Below, piece by piece: positions 26,061 through 34,816 of a stretch of 64,000 bases of DNA. Position 1 is the first letter of the stretch, and every line of letters starts with the position of its first letter. The position numbers and the translations under genes are program-made. This stretch comes from an uncultured Planctomycetales bacterium (GTDB lineage: Bacteria > Omnitrophota > Gorgyraeia > Aquiviventales > Aquiviventaceae): NCBI GenBank assembly GCA_964556925.1, contig CAZKXY010000002.1, forward strand, positions 1,953 through 65,952, in the 5' to 3' direction. The notes below the pieces were generated by a model that was given only the letters and a program-made list of their open reading frames with translations, did not search any database and was not told the DNA's origin.

Positions 26061-26790
26061 GCGGTTTCGCCTCAACGGCAAGGTGGCGGCCGTCATTGGG
26101 GGCGCCGGCTACTTGTGCTCGACGCTGGCCCGGGCGATGGAGGACTCCGGCATGACCGTGATCCGCCTGGATGCCCGGACGCCTTCAGGGGGAGCCGCAG
26201 CCAGCCACCTGCGTTGTGATGTGACCTCCAAGCGGTCGCTGGCGCGTTGCCGGGATGCGATCCTGCGCCGGCATGGGCGCGTGGACGTGCTGCTGAATGG
26301 CGCTGGGACCAACGCCCCGACGCCGTTTTTCAGGATTTCCGCCAAGGAGATCGAGCGCATCATCGGCGTGAACCTCATCGGCACGCTCTACGGCTGCCAG
26401 GTGTTCGGCGAGGCGATGGTCGCCCGGCGCCGCGGCAGCATCATCAATTTCACCTCGGTGTCGATGGGGCCCCCGCTGTCGAAGGCCTTCGTGTACTCCA
26501 CCGCCAAGGCCGGGGTGGCGAACCTGACGCAGAATCTGGGGCGGGAGTGGGCGCCGTTTGGCGTCCGGGTGAACGCGCTGCGGCCAGGTTTTTTCCCAAC
26601 CGCGTGGAGCCTGCAGCACTTTATCGACCGGGAGCGCAAGCGCAAGATCCTCACGCACACCCCGATGGGGCGGTTCGGCCGTCCGGAGGAGCTGATCGGC
26701 GCGGTCCTGTGGCTGGCCTCGGATGCGGCGAGCTTCGTGACCGGCGCGATCGTCACCGTGGACGGCGGGTTCACCGCGATGACCATATGA
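26047..26790 (+). CDS. short-chain dehydrogenase/reductase (SDR)
   Basis: GKVAAVIGGAGYLCSTLA, NGAG, and YSTAKAGVANLTQNL (YxxxK). Confidence 0.75.
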   Translation: MTIDERFRLNGKVAAVIGGAGYLCSTLARAMEDSGMTVIRLDARTPSGGAAASHLRCDVTSKRSLARCRDAILRRHGRVDVLLNGAGTNAPTPFFRISAKEIERIIGVNLIGTLYGCQVFGEAMVARRRGSIINFTSVSMGPPLSKAFVYSTAKAGVANLTQNLGREWAPFGVRVNALRPGFFPTAWSLQHFIDRERKRKILTHTPMGRFGRPEELIGAVLWLASDAASFVTGAIVTVDGGFTAMTI

Positions 26791-28535
26791 GCGTCGTCGC
26801 CGTGTTTATGATGGGCATGACCCTCCTCTATCCGCTAGCGATGTTTCGGGGCCTGGAGCCGACCTCCGGCTATTTTGGCAACGCCTACCAGGCCCTCCAT
26901 CCGGACAGCTTCCCCGACGATCCGTTCATGTCGCCCGCGCGCCCGACAATGCACTCGCTCGTGTATCTGCTCGTCAAACTGGTGGGGGAGCGCTGGCTGG
27001 ATGACCGGGTGACCTTCGTCGTGTTCATGGGCCTCACGGCGGCAGCGCTCCTCGGCATCGATCGGACCGCCCGGCTCCTTGGGGCGACGCGCGCCGGGGA
27101 GCGCATCGCGATCCTCTCGCTCATGCTGCTGGGGCACCAGATCCTGAACAACCGCGGCTTTGCCGTCGATTGCATTGATTTCAGTCCGACCGTCTTCGCG
27201 GCCCCGGTCATCATCTGGCTGCTGCACGCGAGCCTCGCCGGCAGCGCGCCGCGCCGCGTGATCCCCCTGATGGCGCTGGTGCCGCTGATCTCGCTCAAAA
27301 GCGCGGCGATGCCGCTGCTCCTCGCCGGCACGCTCCTCTGGAAGGACCGGCTGGGCGCGCGGGGCCGGCGCATCGCCGGCCTGGCGGCCCTGGGGCTCGT
27401 CGCCGCGTCGCTGGCCGTCTACTACGCGTTCGTGCGGCCGCCTGACGGGAGCCACCCGTGGGTCTTTGATCACCTGGTCCGCGAAGATCCGAGCGAAGCC
27501 GACCCGTTCAAGAACCCCCCCATGGGCAGCGCCCTGTTCCTCGCGATGTGCGCGGCCGGGTTGGTGATGCGCGGGCCGAACCCCGCGGCGATGGAGCGGG
27601 TCAAGGTGGTGGCCGGGCTCGGCGGGCTCGTGTGGCTGCTCGGCGGCCTGTACGTCTCGTTGGCCCCTGATGGGCTGAAAATTCCGTATCTGGCCGCCGC
27701 GCATCCCCCCCGGATGCTCTGGTGGACGCAGTACGTGCTGTACCTGGCGCTGGGCGTCGGGCTGCTGAAGGGGGTGCAGCAGGCCCGGTCGTGGGCGGGG
27801 CTCGGGGCCGCCTGGGGCGTGTTGATGGCGCTCTATCTGCTCCACGACACGTTCCACGCCAAGCTGGCGGTCGTGGTGATCGGGATGAGCGTCGTGATGA
27901 CCGGGGTTGCGCTCCGAAGGCTATCCGGCTCTGGCGCCCAGAGCCCCCAGCCCTCAGCCCGGAGCCAAGGGATCGTTGTCGCCATGCGTCCAGCCTGGCG
28001 GCTGCGCGCGGTGTCGGTGGCCATGGCGGTCGGGGTCCTGAGCCTCTACGGCATCGGCACGCTCCATCATCGGCTGGACGCCCTGCGCTCTCTCGTGCGC
28101 CACGGCGTCATGGGCGACAATGAGACGGCGAAGTGGGTGGGGGTGAACGAGTACGTCCGCAGCTCCACCCCCGCATCCGCCACGTTCCTCGCGTTGTCGG
28201 TGGCTCGCGACGGGAGGACCTTGATGCACGATGGGTTCTTGCGGGTTCGCACAGGCCGGTCCATGCTCTTTGGGCACCCGGTGGGGTTGTACTTTGATGC
28301 GCGGAGCCTGCGCTGGTATGACGAGCAGCTGGGGCGCATCAACGCGCTGCTCTCGGCGTGGGATCGGCGGCAGCCCGACGAGGTGTCGCGCGCGCTCTCC
28401 GACTTGGGGGCGCCGGACTACGTCGTGGCGCCCACGGGTCGGTCCGAGTGGCTGCGCGAGCACCCGGAGTTCCCCTACGCCGCAGACACGGCGATCGGAC
28501 ACTTTACCGTCTTGCGAAAAGGCTCGCCGGGATGA
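26787..28535 (+). CDS. polytopic membrane protein, paralog 2 (of 22872-24659)
   Basis: See 22872-24659 for the shared blocks. The ATG at 26787 forms an ATGA overlap with the SDR stop. The ORF-track start at 26247 is rejected because it lies inside the SDR gene. Confidence 0.5.
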   Translation: MSVVAVFMMGMTLLYPLAMFRGLEPTSGYFGNAYQALHPDSFPDDPFMSPARPTMHSLVYLLVKLVGERWLDDRVTFVVFMGLTAAALLGIDRTARLLGATRAGERIAILSLMLLGHQILNNRGFAVDCIDFSPTVFAAPVIIWLLHASLAGSAPRRVIPLMALVPLISLKSAAMPLLLAGTLLWKDRLGARGRRIAGLAALGLVAASLAVYYAFVRPPDGSHPWVFDHLVREDPSEADPFKNPPMGSALFLAMCAAGLVMRGPNPAAMERVKVVAGLGGLVWLLGGLYVSLAPDGLKIPYLAAAHPPRMLWWTQYVLYLALGVGLLKGVQQARSWAGLGAAWGVLMALYLLHDTFHAKLAVVVIGMSVVMTGVALRRLSGSGAQSPQPSARSQGIVVAMRPAWRLRAVSVAMAVGVLSLYGIGTLHHRLDALRSLVRHGVMGDNETAKWVGVNEYVRSSTPASATFLALSVARDGRTLMHDGFLRVRTGRSMLFGHPVGLYFDARSLRWYDEQLGRINALLSAWDRRQPDEVSRALSDLGAPDYVVAPTGRSEWLREHPEFPYAADTAIGHFTVLRKGSPG

Positions 28536-28548
28536 GCGGGCTGATGGA

Positions 28549-29607
28549 ATGCGCCGCCGCGCGCTGATTACCGGCGTGACCGGACAGGACGGCTCCTTCA
28601 TGGCGGAGTTTTTGCTGAGCAAGGGCTACGAGGTGTACGGCCTCAGCCGCCGTGGCCCGGACCCCGCCGCGGCTCCATCGAACGCGGGCCGGATCGATGT
28701 CCTCGGCGATCTCGCGGACGGCGCGCGCCTCGTCGAGGTCATGCAGGACACTCGGCCCCACGAGCTCTATCATCTCGGCGCCCAGTCGGACTCCAGGGTC
28801 AGCTTCGCGATCCCGGCCTACACGACCGACATCACCGGGCTGTCGACGCTGCGCCTGCTGGAGGCGATCCGGAGGGCGGATCCGGCGATCCGGTTCGTGC
28901 AGGCCTCAAGCTGCGAGATCTTCGGGGAGGCACCCCCGCCTCAGCATGAGGCCTCGCCCATGAACCCCAAGAACCCGTACGCGGTTGCGAAGCTTTACGC
29001 GTATCACCTGGCGCGCATCTATCGGGAGGCGCACGGGGTGTTTGCCGCAAGCGGCATCCTCTACAACCACGAGTCGCACCGCCGCGGAGAGGATCATGTC
29101 GCGCGCAAGATCACCCGCGGGATGGCCCGCATCCTCGCGGGCGAGCAGGAGACGATCGGGCTCGGCAGCCTGTCGGCCAGGCGGGACTGGGGCTATGCGC
29201 CGGAGTACGTCGAGGCGATGTGGGCCTTGCTGCAGCGGGACGCGCCTGACGACGTGGTGCTCGGCACCGGAGAGGATCACGCGGTCGCCGACTTTGTCGA
29301 TGTCGCGTTCGGCTATGTCGGGCTGCGCCGGGAGGGGCGCGTGACGACCGATCCGGAGCAGTGTCGGACCAGCGATGCCACGGTGCTGCGGGCGGATGGC
29401 TCGAAGGCCAGGCGCCTGCTCAACTGGGCGCCGAAGCTCTCGTTCGAGGAGCTGGTCAAGGTGCTCGTCGACGCGGACCTGAAGCTCGCCGGCCTCGACG
29501 TCATCGGCGAAGGCGTGGCGGCCGTCCGGCGGGCGGGGCTGGAGTGGAGCCTGGCCGGCCTGTTCGATGCCACGATGACGGGCGCCTCACGCGAGCGCGC
29601 GCGATGA
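28549..29607 (+). CDS. GDP-mannose-4,6-dehydratase-family enzyme (divergent paralog)
   Basis: ALITGVTGQDGSFMAEFLLSKGYEVYGLSRR, YAVAKLYAYHL, and ILYNHESHRRGEDHVARKIT (canonical [18 protein letters not shown]). 352 aa. Confidence 0.75.
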   Translation: MRRRALITGVTGQDGSFMAEFLLSKGYEVYGLSRRGPDPAAAPSNAGRIDVLGDLADGARLVEVMQDTRPHELYHLGAQSDSRVSFAIPAYTTDITGLSTLRLLEAIRRADPAIRFVQASSCEIFGEAPPPQHEASPMNPKNPYAVAKLYAYHLARIYREAHGVFAASGILYNHESHRRGEDHVARKITRGMARILAGEQETIGLGSLSARRDWGYAPEYVEAMWALLQRDAPDDVVLGTGEDHAVADFVDVAFGYVGLRREGRVTTDPEQCRTSDATVLRADGSKARRLLNWAPKLSFEELVKVLVDADLKLAGLDVIGEGVAAVRRAGLEWSLAGLFDATMTGASRERAR

Positions 29608-30965
29608 GCGGCTCCCAGGCGGCCCTCGAGCCGTGGATCCGGCAGGTCCAGGAGATCCACGCCTGTCGGATCTGCGGCAACCCGATCCTGTCGCCGGTCA
29701 TCGACCTGGGGCGCCAGGCCATCGCCGGCCTGTTCATCCCGCCCCATGTGGACGTCCTGCCCATCAGGGCGGGGCGGGCAGGCCGTGGGGCGGGGCTCAA
29801 CGACGGCCCGTCGGAGCATCACTGGGACGAGCCGATTCCGTTGCAGGTCGTCCGGTGCCAGGCGCAGCCCGGGCGGGCCTCCTGCGGCTTCGTCCAATTG
29901 CAGCACACCGTGCCGCCGTCGATCCTGTACCGGGACTACGGGTACCGCTCCGGCATCAACCCGATGATGCGGCGGCACCTCGAGGGGCTGGTGCGGGAGA
30001 TCGAATCGCGCATCCCGCTGCGCCGGGGCGATCTGGTCGTGGATATCGGGGCCAACGATGGCACGACGTTGCTCGCGTACCAGCAGGCGGGCCTCGTGAA
30101 GGTCGGCTTCGAGCCCTCCAACGTCCGGCCGGACGCCGAGGGCCACGGGATCGTGTACCTGCCGACGGTCTTCAGCCGGCGCGAGTTTGCGCGGCAGCTG
30201 CCGGGCCGGCGCGCGAAGGTCGTGACGAGCATCGCGATGTTCTATGACGTCGAGGCCCCGCGGGAGTTCTGCCGCGACGTCCACGGGATCCTGGCGGACG
30301 ACGGCGCCTGGGTGCTCGAGATGAGCTATCTGGGCGCGATGCTGGAGCATACCGCGTTTGACGCCATCTGCCATGAGCACCTCGGCTACTACAGCCTCCA
30401 CACGCTGCGGCGGCTGGTGGAGGAGGCCGGCTTCGCGTTCCAGGACATCACCTTCAACGAGGCGAACGGCGGCAGCCTCCGCTGCACCCTGGTCAAGCGC
30501 GACGGCGGGGTGCCGGTCCCGTCAGCCAACCAGGAGCGGATCGACGGCGCCTTCGCGGAAGAGCGCCGGCGCGGCTACGACACCCCGGCCCCCTACGCGA
30601 GGTTTCGGGCCAACGTCCAGCGCGTCCGGGAGGAGCTCCTGGGTCTTCTGGCCGAGCGGCGGCGATCGGGCCGGCGCCTCTTCGGCTACGGCGCCTCGAC
30701 GAAGGGCAACGTCCTCCTGCAGTACTGCGGCATCGGGCCGGAGACCCTGATCGCCATCGCGGATCGGAACCCGGCCAAGGTGGGCCGCACCACCTCGGGT
30801 AGCCGGATCCCGATTTGCTCAGAGGACGAGATGCGCCAGGCGCGTCCCGACGACCTCTTGGTCCTCCCCTGGCATTTTCTGGAGGAGTTTCTTGAGCGGG
30901 AACGGCCGCTGCGCGACGCGGGCACCAGGTTCATTGTCCCCCTGCCGCAGGTGCGGATCGTCTGA
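29604..30965 (+). CDS. NDP-hexose C-methyltransferase (TylCIII-like; Zn-ribbon + class-I MTase + C-terminal domain), no. 1
   Basis: N-terminal CRICGNPILSPVIDLGRQAIAGLF ... CGFVQLQHT, then VVDIGANDGTTL (SAM motif I), HEHLGYYSL and a C-terminal FIVPLP tail. Collinear with 44205-45446. Carries a ~45-aa insertion in the Zn-ribbon region. Confidence 0.7.
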   Translation: MSGSQAALEPWIRQVQEIHACRICGNPILSPVIDLGRQAIAGLFIPPHVDVLPIRAGRAGRGAGLNDGPSEHHWDEPIPLQVVRCQAQPGRASCGFVQLQHTVPPSILYRDYGYRSGINPMMRRHLEGLVREIESRIPLRRGDLVVDIGANDGTTLLAYQQAGLVKVGFEPSNVRPDAEGHGIVYLPTVFSRREFARQLPGRRAKVVTSIAMFYDVEAPREFCRDVHGILADDGAWVLEMSYLGAMLEHTAFDAICHEHLGYYSLHTLRRLVEEAGFAFQDITFNEANGGSLRCTLVKRDGGVPVPSANQERIDGAFAEERRRGYDTPAPYARFRANVQRVREELLGLLAERRRSGRRLFGYGASTKGNVLLQYCGIGPETLIAIADRNPAKVGRTTSGSRIPICSEDEMRQARPDDLLVLPWHFLEEFLERERPLRDAGTRFIVPLPQVRIV

Positions 30966-31018
30966 CATGAAGCCGAGACTTGCGGAGCGAAGCGAACGCA
31001 AGTCTCTGGCTGAAGGTC

Positions 31019-31118
31019 ACCCCACCACCTGTCTGCCTCCGCCGAAGGCGGAGGCTCGAGCGGCGGACAACGGTGACCGGTGCCGCCGGTGGCGGGACCG
31101 GAGGACAGGTGGTGGGGT
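31019..31118. repeat. 100-bp palindromic (MITE/REP-like) element with 15-bp perfect terminal inverted repeats
   Basis: ACCCCACCACCTGTC (31019-31033) and GACAGGTGGTGGGGT (31104-31118) are exact reverse complements. Internal hairpin GCCTCCGCC-GAA-GGCGGAGGC at 31035-31055. Lies in the 222-bp gap upstream of gmd. Confidence 0.8.
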
Positions 31119-31160
31119 TCAATTCGCACAGCAACGTACGTCGCCCTCCGGGCTCCGTAA

Positions 31161-32944
<1,784 letters not shown>

Positions 32945-32946
32945 CG

Positions 32947-33747
32947 ATGGCACGAACAGGGACGCTCGCCGTACCGGCTCTCCGGCGCCTGAAGACACGA
33001 GCCACGCAGCCGGTCGCCCTGATCACCGGAGGGACCTCCGGGATCGGGCGGGCGATCGCCGATCGCTTGCGCGCCCAGGGCTATCGCGTGGCGGTCTGCG
33101 CCCGGTCGCCGAAGGGCGCCTCGTTGCCGCGCGCCGTCCTGCACGCGAGCCTCGATGTGCGCGAGCGGGACGCGGTGCGCCGGTTTGTGGACACGGCCGT
33201 GGCGCGGTTCGGCCGGCTGGATGTCATGGTGAACTGCGCCGGCGTGTCCCGATGGCGGGCGATCGCAGACATCGATGAGGCCTTCGTGAGGGAGATCATC
33301 GACACGACGGTCTTGGGGACGCTGTGGGGCTGCGCGGCGGCGGCGGCGGTGTTGCGGCAGGGCGGCTGCATCGTGAACGTCTCCAGCCTCGCGGGCAAGC
33401 GCGGCAGCGCGAACAACAGCGTCTACTGCGCCGCGAAGTTCGCGGTGAACGGCCTCACCCAGGCCCTGGCGAAGGAGCTCGGCCCCCGCGGCATTCGGGT
33501 GAACGCGGTCTGTCCGGTCTACGTGGAGACCGCGCGCCTCCTCGCCGCGCTCGCCGAGCCGGCGTCGCCGGCGCATGGCCAGGGGGTCGGCGCGTACCTC
33601 GCGTCGTTCGCCTCGACCCAGACCGCGCTCGGCCGGTTGCCGACGGCCCAGGAGGTGGCGGAGGCCGTCGCGTTCCTGGTCAGCCCGGCCGCGTCGGCCA
33701 TCACCGGGCAATGTCTCAACGTGGACTGTGGTACATGCCCGCAATAG
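32947..33747 (+). CDS. short-chain dehydrogenase/reductase (SDR)
   Basis: VALITGGTSGIGRAIADRL, NCAG and YCAAKFAVNGLTQAL. Confidence 0.75.
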   Translation: MARTGTLAVPALRRLKTRATQPVALITGGTSGIGRAIADRLRAQGYRVAVCARSPKGASLPRAVLHASLDVRERDAVRRFVDTAVARFGRLDVMVNCAGVSRWRAIADIDEAFVREIIDTTVLGTLWGCAAAAAVLRQGGCIVNVSSLAGKRGSANNSVYCAAKFAVNGLTQALAKELGPRGIRVNAVCPVYVETARLLAALAEPASPAHGQGVGAYLASFASTQTALGRLPTAQEVAEAVAFLVSPAASAITGQCLNVDCGTCPQ

Positions 33748-33760
33748 GAGGCGTGGCGAG

Positions 33761-34519
33761 ATGAGCGCGGTCGATGTGTTGCGCCCACCGGTCCGTCTGG
33801 TGAGGGCGTGGGTGCGCCGGCACAACGGGTGGCTCATCAACGACCTGCAGCGCCGCTACAACTTCAATCAGCTGCAGCGCTTTGACGCGGTGCTCACCCG
33901 GCACGGCCGCTCCTTCAGGACGTGCTCCTCGATCTTTGACTTCGGCTGCGGGCCCGGCCGGCTGACCCAACACCTCGCCGCGCTGGCACCGGCGGCCTCG
34001 GTGTTCGGGTGCGACGTGCGCCGCGAGGCGGTCGCCGAGTGCCGGCGGCGGTGCCCGTGGGGCCGCTTCGTGGTCAACCGCGCCACCCCGCCCCTTGACG
34101 TGGAGGATGCGGCCTTCGACCTCATCTATTCCTACAGCGTCTTCACGCATCTGACCGAGCCCAACCACAAGGCGTGGCTGAAGGAGCTGGCGCGGATGCT
34201 GCAACCCGGCGGGGTGATGCTGCACACCGTGCATTCCTATGAGTACCTCAGGCGGACCGCGGCCTTCAGCCCTGAGAGCCTGGAGAAGTACCGGTTCACC
34301 GAGCCGGTGGACTCGTTCATCCGCAGCGGCCGCGACTACCTCTATGTGGTGGATGATCCGGCCACGCCGGAATACGGCTATACCGTCATGCGCAAGGAGT
34401 ACGTGCTGGACATCTGGCCGCGCGAGTCCGGTCTGGCGCTGGTCGATTACGTGGAGGGCGCGATCGAGTCCTACCCCGAAGGATGCCAGGATCTCGTCGT
34501 GCTGCAGAAGGGCGGATGA
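33761..34519 (+). CDS. class-I SAM-dependent methyltransferase
   Basis: IFDFGCGPGRLTQHLA (motif I) and LIYSYSVFTHL...LKELARMLQPGGVML. AGGAGG SD upstream of the ATG at 33761. Confidence 0.7.
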   Translation: MSAVDVLRPPVRLVRAWVRRHNGWLINDLQRRYNFNQLQRFDAVLTRHGRSFRTCSSIFDFGCGPGRLTQHLAALAPAASVFGCDVRREAVAECRRRCPWGRFVVNRATPPLDVEDAAFDLIYSYSVFTHLTEPNHKAWLKELARMLQPGGVMLHTVHSYEYLRRTAAFSPESLEKYRFTEPVDSFIRSGRDYLYVVDDPATPEYGYTVMRKEYVLDIWPRESGLALVDYVEGAIESYPEGCQDLVVLQKGG

Positions 34520-34534
34520 CGCGCATGCTCGCCA

Positions 34535-34649
34535 GCTGCGGGTGGCCAGGCCTCCGCGCGCCGCTCAGCGAATGTTGCTGCGCCCGGCTCATGACGAAAG
34601 CTCGCAACATTCGAATTCGCGGCGCGCGGAGCGCCTGGCCACCCGCAGC
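34535..34649. repeat. 115-nt extended hairpin nested in cassette A
   Basis: GCTGCGGGTGGCCAGG (34535-34550) pairs perfectly with CCTGGCCACCCGCAGC (34634-34649). CTCCGCGCGCCGC pairs with GCGGCGCGCGGAG. The inner stem CGAATGTTGC (34569-34578) pairs with GCAACATTCG (34604-34613), with a 25-nt loop. Absent from cassette B. Confidence 0.75.
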
Positions 34650-34670
34650 CAGCGCGCGGCCGGTCGCTCA

Positions 34671-34730
34671 AAAGGTGTCTGACACCTTTCCCGACGCCAG
34701 ACGAGCGGTCGACAGGTGTCTGACACCTGT
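34671..34730. promoter_or_regulatory. two perfect 19-nt palindromes 41 bp apart (operator- or REP-like)
   Basis: AAAGGTGTC-T-GACACCTTT (34671-34689) and ACAGGTGTC-T-GACACCTGT (34712-34730). Located ~90 nt upstream of the KdsB-like start. Confidence 0.6.
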
Positions 34731-34816
34731 TGCGATGCGCAGCGGCCTGCCTGCCGGGCAGGCAGGCAGGACCCGGCGGGCTAGCGTTAGGCCGGCAGGC
34801 TGAGGCGGGTGGGGGG

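Noticed and set aside
34483-34803. Small ORFs across the intergenic cassettes. One is 34483-34803 (MTRMLASCGWPG...). Others are 45224-45628 (reading MTRMPASCGVG... from its internal ATG at 45443) and 45513-45716, plus 24033-24287 on the minus strand (shared ...RDDRSKGV ending).
   Set aside because: The cassettes are conserved at the nucleotide level, but the reading frame is not maintained between copies (indels shift the frame after ~10 codons). The shared peptide ends simply reflect translation of the same palindromic DNA. A non-coding repeat is the simpler explanation.
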